Shown here: positions 48,064-59,148 of the stretch, piece after piece
How positions within the stretch are numbered: position 1 is the first letter of the stretch
Layout: each line of letters begins with the position of its first letter
DNA from: a virus
Taxonomy: Duplodnaviria; Caudoviricetes
Direction: 5' to 3' (one strand)
DNA: 64,000 bases
Virus record (IMG/VR): IMGVR_UViG_3300028804_000003
Span: 16,859 to 80,858 of that record
Notes under the pieces: model-generated
Told to the model about the DNA's origin: nothing
The model's input: the letters and a program-made list of their open reading frames with translations, nothing else
Databases searched by the model: none
Position numbers and translations under genes: made by a program

Positions 48064-48138
48064 TCAGCGTGGCAGGATTTGAACCTGCGACCCTCCGGTT
48101 CCGGGCCGGATGCTCTAACCAGACTGAGCTACACGCGG
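48064..48138 (-). tRNA. tRNA-Pro(CGG)
   Basis: Reverse complement folds as a cloverleaf: TCCGG-CCCGGAA-CCGGA, GGTTCAAATCC T-arm; no encoded CCA; C2:U71 mismatch; C33. Confidence 0.85.
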
Positions 48139-48145
48139 AAAGTCG

Positions 48146-48346
48146 TTACGCCGAGGGCGGTGTAGACCACGGCTCTTGAGTTGCGCCGAAGACGCGAATT
48201 TCGAGATTGTCAACTTGCGTTTCCAGAATGCGGATGCGCTCGTTGTTTTCGGCGTTCTGGCGAATGGACTCTGCCGCAAGTGACTGAATGCCGATGATGA
48301 AAGATGCAAAACTCTCCACCAATTTCTGCTCTTGTGATTTGGCCAT
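48146..48346 (-). CDS. small coiled-coil hypothetical protein
   Basis: AGGAG RBS. Confidence 0.6.
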   Translation of the reverse strand: MAKSQEQKLVESFASFIIGIQSLAAESIRQNAENNERIRILETQVDNLEIRVFGATQEPWSTPPSA

Positions 48347-48361
48347 GTGTACGTCTCCTTG

Positions 48362-48790
48362 TTAGAATTTATTCTTGTCGGTCGCCCCAAGAACCACCCC
48401 GAGGTCGATGTCAGGTTCCAACACGGTGCCGAATATGCAGAGCTTCTTGCCCTGTTTATCCGAACGCACGAAGTTGATGGAGCCGTCTTCGTACTTGAAC
48501 ACCATGACAAGTGTTTTGTCAAGTGCGTCAGTGCCGAGGATCATCCCCTTGGCCTTCAATCGCTTGGCCGTGGCGCTGAACGTGGGCGCGTCAGTGCAGC
48601 GCAGATAGAACGGCGAGTCATGAGGATCGGTTTCTTGACCGAGGGAACTGGTGTCACTGTCCGGCAGCACGAGCGGCTGCTGGATGAAGAGCTTGGACAG
48701 ATCGTCCTCGGCATGCGCGAGTCCATGCACCCACGCCGGGGCGATCAGAAAGGCTGCCGCCAGAGCGGCGCTGCGAAGAAGTCGGTTCAT
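48362..48790 (-). CDS. exported hypothetical protein
   Basis: Signal-peptide-like N-terminus ending AHA. Confidence 0.7.
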   Translation of the reverse strand: MNRLLRSAALAAAFLIAPAWVHGLAHAEDDLSKLFIQQPLVLPDSDTSSLGQETDPHDSPFYLRCTDAPTFSATAKRLKAKGMILGTDALDKTLVMVFKYEDGSINFVRSDKQGKKLCIFGTVLEPDIDLGVVLGATDKNKF

Positions 48791-48972
48791 GATGTTACAC
48801 CTCCATGTTCTGTTCCCATCTCTGCAAGCACCGTGCCAAGATTGACGGCCTCAGCCGGTGTCAAAGTGAGAAGGGTCTGTTCACCTTTGCCATTGTCTGC
48901 ATCGGTGCTGATGACGATAAGCCCGAGGTTCGGGCGATGACGAACGTAGATAGGCGCTTTGGCAGTCTTCAT
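48787..48972 (-). CDS. small hypothetical protein
   Basis: ATGA coupling at both ends. Confidence 0.6.
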   Translation of the reverse strand: MKTAKAPIYVRHRPNLGLIVISTDADNGKGEQTLLTLTPAEAVNLGTVLAEMGTEHGGVTS

Positions 48973-49214
48973 TTCATAATCCCTGTTGGCTTTCGAACTG
49001 GTGGGGCCTTGAAGGTGTAGAGTGGCTTCGAAGGCTCGTGCTTGACCCTAGCCCGCGCTTCTCGCTCTTGCAATTCCAATTGACGGAACTCCTTGAGCAA
49101 GGCTGACATGTCATTCTGAAGGTCGGCCTGCTTCAGCGCATTCAGGTCCATAGCGGCCTGTAGCTCGGCGCGGCGTTTCGCAAAATCGAATCCCATGTCT
49201 GTCTCCTGTTTCAA
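48969..49214 (-). CDS. small coiled-coil hypothetical protein
   Basis: AGGAG RBS before the internal ATG; gene tiling. Confidence 0.6.
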   Translation of the reverse strand: MKQETDMGFDFAKRRAELQAAMDLNALKQADLQNDMSALLKEFRQLELQEREARARVKHEPSKPLYTFKAPPVRKPTGIMK

Positions 49215-49253
49215 AAAGGGACTGGTGGGGTGCTGTCAAGACCACCCCACCAG
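49213..49253 (-). terminator. intrinsic terminator
   Basis: CTGGTGGGGTG/CACCCCACCAG 11-bp stem followed by TCCCTTTTT. Confidence 0.65.
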
Positions 49254-49294
49254 CAAGCCTCTGACCGTGGACCTCCGAGTCCGGCCAGAGTGGT

Positions 49295-50212
49295 TTAGAG
49301 TTTGACGACCTTCACGTCAAAGCCGAGCTTCTTCAGCGAGTCCACGAACCCGTCGAGCATGGCATCGCCGGTCTCGGGCTTCTTGGGCTCGGCGGGCTTG
49401 GGCGGCAGACCGCCGTAACATGCCGCCAGAAGCTCGGACTTGCCGACCGTGCGGGCTTCCTTGTGCGCCGGACCCTTGCCGAACAGAACGTCATAGAGGC
49501 TGTTCGGCTCGGCCACCTTCTGGACCAGCTTCGACCAATTGGTGTTGCCGTACTTATCCATAGCGATGTCCTTCAGGGTCTTGTTCTGGCGGCGAGTGGC
49601 CAGCTTGGCGTAATCGACCGCGACCGCAGCGCCGTAGGCACCGACGAGGTGAGCCGCGATCATGCGGGTGGTGGCCTGCATGAGGGCGACAGACTCGTTC
49701 GAGCATTCAGCCGAGCCGGACTCGACCGGGAAGCCACGAGCGCCGTTGCCCTGAATGAAGTCCGGGCGCACGGTGGTGTGGTAGACGATCTGGCCGGACT
49801 TGGACGTGCCGGTGGTGGTCTGGATCACGATCTTCGGGAAAGCATGCTTGATGATGAGCTTCAGGTTCTCGACATCGACCATGTTGACCGCAGGGCCGCT
49901 GAGGGGTCCGAGCAGCGGGAAGGTGGCAATCTCGCCGTTGTCCAGTTCGTAGTCCACGAGGTAGAACTTGTCCATGACCGAGCGCAGACCCTTCGCCACG
50001 ACCGAGAGCGTCTTGCCCTTGTCCTCAATGAACATCGGCAGGTAGCCGATCAGTTCGAGGAACAGGAAGGTCGCCTCGGCGCGCTGATCCCCGGTGCCCT
50101 GAAGGCCAGCTTCCAACTGCTGGATGGCCTCGTGGGTGTCACCGATCATGTCCATGAGGGTGTGGCACTGCTCACGATTGAGCAGGTCGTAGGTCTGGTT
50201 GAACTTTTTCAC
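49295..50212 (-). CDS. highly expressed-looking hypothetical protein (305 aa)
   Basis: AGGAG RBS with GTG start, very biased codons; no family recognised. Confidence 0.75.
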   Translation of the reverse strand: MKKFNQTYDLLNREQCHTLMDMIGDTHEAIQQLEAGLQGTGDQRAEATFLFLELIGYLPMFIEDKGKTLSVVAKGLRSVMDKFYLVDYELDNGEIATFPLLGPLSGPAVNMVDVENLKLIIKHAFPKIVIQTTTGTSKSGQIVYHTTVRPDFIQGNGARGFPVESGSAECSNESVALMQATTRMIAAHLVGAYGAAVAVDYAKLATRRQNKTLKDIAMDKYGNTNWSKLVQKVAEPNSLYDVLFGKGPAHKEARTVGKSELLAACYGGLPPKPAEPKKPETGDAMLDGFVDSLKKLGFDVKVVKL

Positions 50213-50244
50213 TGTGTTTTCTCCTTTCAGCGATTGTTGAAATA

Positions 50245-50421
50245 TCAGAGCTTGGTGAACTTGACCGGGGGTGCTTCCACCTTGGCCATCATGTTGATGA
50301 AGCCATAGGCGTATTGCTTCTCGGGACAGACCTTCAGAAGGCCACGAATGGCCTCTTCGGCTGCCTCTTCCTGAAGCATGTCGAGCAATTCGATTTGATC
50401 GGGTGTAAGATTATGAACCAT
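50245..50421 (-). CDS. 58-aa hypothetical protein
   Basis: GGAGGT RBS; MVHNLTPDQIELLDMLQEEAAEEAIRGLL... translated by hand. Confidence 0.55.
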   Translation of the reverse strand: MVHNLTPDQIELLDMLQEEAAEEAIRGLLKVCPEKQYAYGFINMMAKVEAPPVKFTKL

Positions 50422-50845
50422 GTTTCACCTCCAAAACCATCGGCGCGTATTTACGCCAAATCTCGACACTGCGTGGATCGTCTTCGAACACCAAGTCCAC
50501 GCCGCCGTAGTCACGGGCGATGATCTTGGCCATGTCTTCCTTGACCTCGGGGTTCGGGCGGAAGTCGCCGTCCGCGCGCATGAACATGCGATAGACATCC
50601 TCCCACATGTCGTTCTTGTCGAACCACGACTTGGTTGCCGCGCGGTACTTCGTCGGCCTGCCGGTGCAGAGGAAGATGCTGTTCATGCGACCGACCTCAA
50701 AGAAGATGGCAGCCATCTCGGAATGGACAGGGTCCAGACTCATGCGGTTGTAGTACCCCTCCCAGTCCTTGGGAGCCTGCTCGATGAGCTTGAAGCGATG
50801 ACGGTTATCCGCCAGCACTCCGTCGATGTCAAATACGATGTTCAT
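50411..50845 (-). CDS. HAD-family phosphatase (PNKP 3'-phosphatase-like)
   Basis: 'FDIDGVLAD', 'CTGRP', 'MRADGDFRPNPEVK', 'FEDD'. Confidence 0.85.
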   Translation of the reverse strand: MNIVFDIDGVLADNRHRFKLIEQAPKDWEGYYNRMSLDPVHSEMAAIFFEVGRMNSIFLCTGRPTKYRAATKSWFDKNDMWEDVYRMFMRADGDFRPNPEVKEDMAKIIARDYGGVDLVFEDDPRSVEIWRKYAPMVLEVKHGS

Positions 50846-51291
50846 ACGTAACCTCTTGCGCCCCATTGAGCCTTCTTCAACTTGCTGCCGGACGTGAGCA
50901 GCAGATTGCCGTAGTCATGGCAGACTACGTTGCCCTTGTACCATCCCCAGTTCTCGCACTTGAGGTCGGTAAAGAATGCGGGCACCTTCTTGGGCAGGTC
51001 CCTCGGTGAGCACGGAGTGGTCTTCGCTTGGATGAGGACTTGTCCGCTCGGTGATATGCTGAGGCAAGGCGCGAACCACTTCTTTAGCGGGCCGTACATG
51101 CACTGGTTCCACATCTCCCACTCTTTGATGTTGGAGAATTGAGCGGAGTCCTCTTCGATCTTGATGACGGACTTCGCATCAATGCGATTGCGATAGACTT
51201 TACGATATGCACCGCTGCCGATGTAGGAGCCGCAGATCAGGTAACAGCACTCGGCTTTCGTCATCTCGGTAAGAGCAGAGACCGCAGTCAT
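50842..51291 (-). CDS. minimal protein-kinase-fold protein
   Basis: 'IGSGAYRKVY', 'VIK', 'NIKEW', 'DLKCEN', 'HDYG'. Confidence 0.75.
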   Translation of the reverse strand: MTAVSALTEMTKAECCYLICGSYIGSGAYRKVYRNRIDAKSVIKIEEDSAQFSNIKEWEMWNQCMYGPLKKWFAPCLSISPSGQVLIQAKTTPCSPRDLPKKVPAFFTDLKCENWGWYKGNVVCHDYGNLLLTSGSKLKKAQWGARGYV

Positions 51292-54200
51292 GACCGGGTC
51301 TCACGCTTGCCGCAGTTGGAGCACTGCTTCCACTCGTACCATTCGTGGCCGGTGTCATCATAGGTCAGGTGCCAGCGGGTCCACCAGTGGAACCCGAACA
51401 GGCACTTCAGCCAGTCTGTCCAGTTCATGCCCGCCTCCAATGCACCTTGGAAAGCTCGATAGCCGGACCATTGTCGAACCGGATTCTCCAAATGTTGTCG
51501 AAGCCGAGCGAGAGCATCCCTTCCCGGGTAAGCTCTTCGGTCACGAACATCTCAACCTTGATGCCGTTGCATCCCGAGTTGAGCCCCGTCAGACCTTTGT
51601 TCCATTCATTTGGCAAGGAATTCATCCTTCAGCGTGAGTGACTCTTCTTCCGCCGTATGCGGACAATTGATGCACGAATAGTAGCGCACGATCTTCGAAT
51701 TGTAAATAGGATCGTTGACGAGCGCTACTTCTTCCTCGGTCTTGTAGCACATGATGTGCCCGTGGATGGTGCAGCCGAACACCTTGGCAGCCTTCTTGAG
51801 AGACGGAGTCATCGTGTGTTTCCTTTTGAACTGATATAGATGATGCCTGCGATGAGGATGAACCAGCCAAGCACGATCTGTGCCAAGTCGGCAGCCGTCA
51901 AAAGCTGGAAGATGTCCTGCCTCACTTGATACCCTTCTCCTTGAGGGCTCGGGCGAGCATATCGAGCGCACGTTTCTCCGGGTCTGGATGTGGAAAATTG
52001 CTTCTGACAATTTCCTTCAATTGTGCCTTGACCGTTTTTGGCACACGCACAGTGACGGGCTCATTGCCGAGGTCGATCAGGCGTTCTGGTACGCGAACCT
52101 CAATAGGTCCTCCACATCCGGCGACATGGGCGGGTGACCACGATCCTTGAGCATCTGGTTCACCACGATCACCACCGTGTTCTCGGGCATAGGTGCCGAA
52201 CCCTTCAGACGACGCAAACGCTTCAAGAGTCGATCCGTCAGCGAGGTTGGCTCCGGGAGAGGCTTCTGCTTCTCCTTCAAACTGTCCACCTCTGCCGCTG
52301 TGATAGTGCGGCGTGTCGTAGAACTCTTCATACCACGTGATAGCCGGGACTTGGCTGACTTTCTCGGGACTGCCGCCGATCCAGTACGAGCCTTGCGATG
52401 CGGCCCTCTCTGCTTCTTCATCCCAACACGCTTGGTGGACGACTTCCTTGTTGCCACTCGAATACTCCCCTATGCGCCAGCGCTCGGTTCCGATCTTCTC
52501 TTCGCAGAGATAGCATCTGGCGGTCTCGCTGAACACCCTGAAAGTGTTCGTCACGAGCTTCAGGTTCTCTTCCGCTGTGTCAGCGCGGTCCATCTCGTAT
52601 ATGTAGTCACTCAGGTTGATGGTCATGCTGCTGCCATTGGCTCGGGTTTGAAGGGGGTTGGTGCGTTGTATGCCAGCAAAGTGCCAAGGATCAGGGCTTG
52701 CCTGTCCGTGGCCATCCAGAGGCCATCGTAGGCCACCCACACAAGCTCCTTGTCGCGCATGAGCTTGGTCCTCATGGGCATCGACTTGACCTCTGTCTTC
52801 CAGTGGTGCTCGATCCAGACATCCTTGCCGTCACGGGTCTTGTCGGTATCCTTCGTGATGATCGTGACCTCATCGCAGAACAGACGGAGCAGGGCATGCG
52901 CCGCACTATCCGCGAACTCGTGGGCCAGTGCGATTTCAGATGTGAGACCCTGCCCGTAGGCCTTCCAGAACATCTTGGTCTCTTTGTCGATGATGTATGC
53001 CATGCACTTCCTCTAAAGCAGTTCCAAGGGTGGGAATTTTACCTACACCGACGCAGCAATGCTGCCTGTTCTGACGTTAAACTACCTTGGTGATCCGCCT
53101 GCTACAAGCAGGGCGGCTGGTTCAATACCTCTTTCCCCATCGCATCGTCAAGGCGAGATTTGGTCTCCCAGTAGTCTTCCTCCTTGGCACAGTATTCGCT
53201 CCATGCCTCGGGCTCGGACAGGCGCACAAGCTCGTAGAGGTCCGTGGCCAGAAGATCATATCCGTTGATGTGCGAGACCACATTGGTGAGCCCACGAGCC
53301 CCGGCGCGCGCCAGAAGGAACTCGGCTGCGCGCATGGATATGGCCCACTTCAGCTTGTCGTTCTTCATGGCCCATTGCAGGAACTCGAAATCATCAGAAT
53401 GAGTACCCATCAGCGTTGCTTCTCCTTGGTGATTTGATCCGTGAGCATTTCTGCAAGCTCCATGCCAACCTCGGCATGCTTTATGGCGCGCTGGCCGTGG
53501 TGCTCTTGCCATCCCTTCCTGCACTTGTAAGAATGGATGGCATCCTCCAATTTCTCGTAGGCATAGCGCTTGTTGTATTTGTTCGCGCCGGTCAGCACGA
53601 AGCGCTCCTTGTAGTCCTCACCGCACACCCACACACCCTTCTTCGTGGTCCGAAGGATTGGCAGCCGGTTGATGATGATGGTCGCGTAGGGGTCGTCTGA
53701 GCCTTCCTCGTAGCGGATATAATCCCCGACCCGGATGAGGTGGGGCACGTGGCTGTGTCTATCCCATATCGTCCTCTTCTTGGACACTATGGACTCGGTG
53801 GTGTTCAGAATTGAGATGAGGTCATCGCTCACGATGTCTTGCTCCTGCACATGTTGGCCCACCAATCTTCAGGCACCATGCCGATTGCGTGATGGACCTT
53901 GCCCGCTTCGTTGGTGATGATTGAGACATACTGTCCCGTTATGATACGAGACGTGACAGGTGGCAGCTTCTTGCGTTCGGCGTAGAACTGGTAGGGGTTC
54001 ATTCTGCATCCCTCTTCTTCTCGACGTGGTCAGTGATGATCTGGCATATTTTCACAGCATCATCCCAAATCTCATTCGTGGGAAGCTCCTTGAGGGTCTT
54101 CACCCCTCGGGTGGCCAGATAGTCGGTCACCAGCTTGAGCCCTTCGTAGACCGTCAGATCGCCGGTCACATAGAAGGTGAACAGGTGATTGACGACGAGG

Positions 54201-56223
54201 TCGCGCGCTCGCTCGAACATGCGATCACCAAACGTAGTAGGTTGCGATGCCAGCGAGGGGAGACAGAAGCACGAGAAGAAAGAAGAGGGCATCCGAGCCC
54301 TTCTTCCCCTGTGTCTGTTCGACGGGCGTCTCATTGAAGTGCCTCGGTGCTCTCAACATGGTGTCCTCCTGTTTCAAGTTGAAACTTACGGATTAGCCCA
54401 TGCAAGCTCTGTGCCACACTCCATGATGTAAGGTCCACCATCTGCTCGCACCTGCTGATCCGGCAGATGGAACACAAGGTCTCCATCCTTCGTGATTTCT
54501 TCCGGGCGAACGCCGGTCCAACGATAGACCACCCCATCCTGCTCCTTCTCAAAGGTGTAGGAGTCGATGAGCGGATTGCCCGCAAGCTGACCGGCCTTCA
54601 CGGTGAAGCCGCCACCGATGAACATTCGGCTGATATAGCTCATCATTCACCCCACGTGACATAGGTGGTGGACTTCACTTCGGCGTCCTTCAATTGCTTC
54701 TCACACCAGTCTAGCGCGAAATCAAGTGACGAAGTCACATGTACCCTTGTGTCCACGAAGCCAATGCAGTTCTCGTAGATGTGGAAGTCGCCGTTGCCGT
54801 ATTCCTTGATGGTGTAAATACTGTTCCATCTTGTGACAATTCGGTCCCAAAGGGACATGAAGCTATTGTCGCGGCGAATGTAGACGCTCTTCATGATGCG
54901 TTGCCCCTGATGGCCTGTGCCGCGCGCTGGACGTGCTCCAGAGCCTTGCGGACCTCGGCGGGCATCGGAACGTCCTGCACCAGACGGATGCCGTTGGCGA
55001 TCACGCTGACGCGAAGGGTGCCCTTGTCCACGATTGAGACAGTCGGGTCCACCCCTGTACCACAATGACCGGCTGGCTTCTCGTCAAAACGGGACATCAT
55101 GGAACCGCCCGCATTGTTCGGCGGCGGACGGATGCCCATGTCGTAGGCGTCTTCAATTTGCTTCAGTGCCATATTGGGCTTCTCCTTCTTGGGAAATTCT
55201 CGTTCGTAGGCTTCGCGGTCGAGCCGGTCCTGAAGCGTGGCATTGCTGCAATCGCAGAACCTGCTCATTCCACAGGCGCACCCGCCGCCGTGATCATACT
55301 TGGCCATCTGGCACCTTCTTGGTCCACCAGCGCCGGATAGCCCGAATGATGTAGGCTGTGATGAAGATGTCGAAGATGGTGCATACCACCCACGCTGCGA
55401 TCCCAACCGCCCACCACATCAGGCGTACTTCGCAGCAATGAGACGGCGCACGTTCTGGCGGCGCGCGGCCTTGACCTTGGCTCGCTTGGCGGTAGGCACA
55501 CCCTGCATGGTCCTCTTGAGCACAGGAGTGGCCTTGATGAGTGCCCTGCCAGCTTCACTGGCCGCACCGCCGAGAACAGCCGCAGCGGCCATCGCCAAGG
55601 CCAAGCGATCCGATTTTCATCATGTGTCAGGGTCCTTCTGTTTCAAAGTGGAAGCGGCTCGCTGCCACTCACTGGTTAAAGCAAGAGCCGTGCCAACATC
55701 ACCTTCAGTGGTGAGGTCGGCAAGCATTTGCTCCTTGGTCTTGCCGGTGTAGCCGTAGCGGCGAGCGCGCGAGCGCAGTTCAGGAGAGACCATCAGTCAT
55801 CCCCCACGCACAGTGCGACCACACAGAGGACGACCGCTGCCGCGCAGAGCCCGAGGACGAGCCCGCTGCCCGGTGGCAGCCATTGCCAGTAGGACTGGAA
55901 CGTTTCCATCAGATGTCGCTCCAATCCTCTTCCGGTTCCGGCTCGGGTGCCGGGGCGGGCGCGGGCTCGGGTTCGCCGCCCTTGCGCTTGCGCGGGCCAG
56001 CCGTGTAGGTCTCTTCCTTGGTGCCGACGAACTTCTCCGTCTCGCCGTTGAACAGGGCGCACAGGAGTTCGCGGGTGCCGATCTTGGCCAGTTCGACCTT
56101 CAGCACACGCTTCGGCACATCATCGGCCTCGTAGGCTGCCTTGGCACCCTTCTTGGCCTCGGCCTCGGTCGGTGCCGCGAAGCGTTCACCGTCAATGCCT
56201 TCGTAGAAGTAGATCGTGGTCAT
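51288..56223 (-). other. tiled cluster of short hypothetical ORFs
   Basis: Includes 51288-51491, 51425-51625, 51622-51870, 51922-52626, 52623-53003, 53102-53410, 53410-53865, 53999-54334, 54386-54646, 54643-54894, 54891-55307, 55419-55604 and 55909-56223; many ATGA overlaps and GGAG RBSs; no families recognised. Confidence 0.6.
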
Positions 56224-56648
56224 CGTTTGTCCTTTCTCTTGGGTGGTTTCGGAATGTCCTGCATCTGCTTGAAGTAGTCCACAAACAGAGTTTGGGACAA
56301 GCTCTGCAAGCCGTATGCCATGAACTCATCGCTCGGATTCTTCTCTCCGATAGATTCAACGTGGTACTGCCAGATGTGTGCGGCCTCATGGACGAGCATC
56401 GCCAAGCGCTGCGCTTCGGTGTGGGTGCTCACCAGCCGCATGCACACGATGGCACACTGGTTGCCCCTCGGATCGCGGAACAGGTGCACCGTAGCGCCCT
56501 TGTGATCGGCAGTGATGTACGGCATCCTGTCCACCATGCCGAGCTTCTTCATGGCCGTGTCGAAGTCCTGCTGACACAGGCACAGGCACATGTAAGGACC
56601 CTCGGGATGGATGGTTCGATTGAGCCACTTGGGATTCTTTGTCGGCAT
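56220..56648 (-). CDS. hypothetical protein with HExxH motif
   Basis: 'AMLVHEAAHIWQ...EFMAY' zincin-like signature. Confidence 0.65.
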   Translation of the reverse strand: MPTKNPKWLNRTIHPEGPYMCLCLCQQDFDTAMKKLGMVDRMPYITADHKGATVHLFRDPRGNQCAIVCMRLVSTHTEAQRLAMLVHEAAHIWQYHVESIGEKNPSDEFMAYGLQSLSQTLFVDYFKQMQDIPKPPKRKDKR

Positions 56649-56649
56649 G

Positions 56650-58632
56650 TCACACCAGAATTGTTGATCTGAAGGTGGTTGCGTCCGCGACGAGACAGTC
56701 TACGACATCCTTGAGGTCTACTTGGTCCCTCAAGCGCCCGGTATCGGTCAGCAAAGGCTTGTGTGTCCTGAAATGGTTCATGATCCTGTTGCGTCGAGAC
56801 AATGATGCATCATAGGCAAGAGCGAGGTTGCGGTCAACAAAAAGTGTGCCGTCACCGGCTTGATACACAACCACGACAGCCATGACGCACCCTCCTTAGT
56901 ACGTGAAATGGTCTTCCATTCCGATCCAGTAGAACTCGCAGAAGAATTTGTCGTCACAGGCAGCCTCTTTGGCCACCCAAGTACGACACTTGAGGCACAA
57001 CACGAGCCCCATATCATACATCTCGGCCTCTGCCAAGTCGAAAGGCGGGGACTGAATGAACAGAGGCCGAGGATCGTAGACATCTCTCACTTCTTGCGCT
57101 CACCGAAGAGGCCGATGCGAATGAGAGCACCCGCCGCCCACACGTGAGGCGGAATTGGTGTGTTGTCGAGCGTCTTTGCTTTCTTACTCACTTCGCAGTC
57201 TCCTTTTGTTACAGGTTTCGTTTTGGTTCACTCACAGAGCGGCAATGCAGGAAGCGGGCCAACCCATCCGTAGACGTGGCCGCGATAGTTCATGGAGGAC
57301 ATGGGATAACCCCACACCTTGGCTTCGGCATCGTAGATGAGCAGAATGCGCGCGGCGTAGCGCGGCATGTGCGCGTCGTTGGTATAGACAACATACATGC
57401 CGGACTGCAAAGGCTTGCGGCCTTCGAAGCCATCGGAGTCAACGAACTCGGCGCTCATGGTCGATCCTCTTCAAATGGTTCATCACGACCTCCACGAGGT
57501 CGAACTGGTGGATTGTCGCCACGGGACTGAGGCGCTTGCCGGTGTGATCGACAGGGTGAATGTCCCACCACACCTTCCGGCCACCGCGCTTGGCCTGCCA
57601 CGTCTCGCAACGGACAGCATGGTACTTCATGCGTACCTCTTGTCCAGATAGTCCTTCAGCTTGGCGCTGCGAATCGCTTCGCATGCCTTCTTCAGGTGCT
57701 CTTCGCGCTCATCGTCTTCGAACATGCCATCACCCTTGGTATACGCATTATAGACGACATCACCACCGACATTCGGAAACTGCGCACGGAAGTAGCCGTG
57801 GCGAAGCCTGAGATAGCCGACCATCTCACCCTTGCCGTTGAAGGCATCATACTGCTCGGGGCAAGCGCCGCAGGTCATGACGAGCCCGATGCCCGCATGG
57901 CTGAAGATCACATCAAGTTCCCGGCTCATAGGCTTCCTCCTTCTGGTGAATGGTGACGTTGAAACCGGCCAGCAAACGCTCACGCGCGTGGCGCAAGGCA
58001 TCCTCGGCCTGCGTGGTCTCACGGTAGGATGCCCAAGGCCGATAGCCCTTGACCCATGGCTCTTGGGTCTTCACGTAGTAGACGATGCGGCTCATACCTT
58101 GGCCTCTGCGCTCGCTGCCCCGCCCATCCACTCCACCAGATAGGTCGAGTTGCGGGTCTGGACGATGTTGCCCTTGACCTCCACGACCTCTGACGTGCCG
58201 ACCTGCTTGCCATCCGGGAAGCGGCCCTTGGCATCCCTGTAGATGTTGCCGACGAGGATGGTCTGACCCCTGAAGGTCAGCGTCATCGCATTCCTCATGA
58301 GCGCATCAATTTTGCCTTCATCCGGGATCATGTCACTGCTCCAAGATGATGCGGCCATGGAACAGACGGAAGGCCTCGGTCGCCCAAAACCCCGGCATGT
58401 AGCCCGGATGACGCCCGTCCATCTCACTGCCCCACACGACAACGCCGTGGAAACTGGTGTTGCCGTTGCTCAGGCCGGTCATCAGCACCACGCAGTCTTC
58501 GCCGCCGTGATTGTAGCCGTCAGCCGTGCAGACGAGGTCACCAATCTTGAACTGCTCGTGCGGCTTCTCGGCGCGCTCTCTTGAACTATGAACCATCACT
58601 TGTCTCCTATTTTCCAGTAGCCGTAGACGCAT
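56650..58632 (-). other. tiled cluster of short hypothetical ORFs
   Basis: 56650-56883, 56896-57090, 57228-57458, 57439-57684, 57627-57929, 57913-58131, 58092-58442 and 58333-58632; starts uncertain. Confidence 0.55.
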
Positions 58633-59129
58633 CTCGTGCCGTCTCGGGAAGGATCGTGCGTATCATATATCAATCCGTCGATCATGCAAGTAAAATGCCT
58701 GCTAAGGTTAAGGATCAGCCTGCCGGACGGCAATTCGTCCGCGTTGACGTGCACCTTGCAGCCGCTCCCGATCTGCATGGTGGCCACCCACTCCCACTTG
58801 ATCCCATGGCGGTCCCTGAGCAACGCCATCACCCGCTTCGTGCCATCCTTGAACACCCCCGTGCGCGCGTTCGACTTGGACTTCTTCTTGCGCGTGATGC
58901 GCTCCTTGCTGCCGACCTCGTTGATGGTGTCGTACACCGTCTGATAGGGCAGGCCGGTCGCAATGGCTATCGCGCGGCAAACACAGTCGCCGGTCGTGCC
59001 CCGATAGCCCGCTGCCGCGCGCCCGCCGTCATCTTTCACGAAAAAGCTGAAGTCCACGCTGAAAACCTCCTTTTTGTCAGATTTGGTGTGAAAACGACAA
59101 CAGGATAGCAAATTTGACCAATTACGCAA
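58596..59129 (-). CDS. conserved phage hypothetical protein
   Basis: 'DGGRAAAGY.G..GDCVCRAIAIATG..Y' and 'SRH...IDG...DT.D' pattern recurrent in phages. Confidence 0.65.
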   Translation of the reverse strand: MRNWSNLLSCCRFHTKSDKKEVFSVDFSFFVKDDGGRAAAGYRGTTGDCVCRAIAIATGLPYQTVYDTINEVGSKERITRKKKSKSNARTGVFKDGTKRVMALLRDRHGIKWEWVATMQIGSGCKVHVNADELPSGRLILNLSRHFTCMIDGLIYDTHDPSRDGTRCVYGYWKIGDK

Positions 59130-59148
59130 GAAAAACCGAAAAACAGGG

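Noticed and set aside
48064-48138. tRNA-Pro as an attP site or evidence of lysogeny
   Set aside because: No integrase or repressor was recognised in the window, so lifestyle cannot be called.
50245-50421. MazG-like call for the 58-aa ORF (LQEEAAE)
   Set aside because: It is too short and lacks the second acidic motif.
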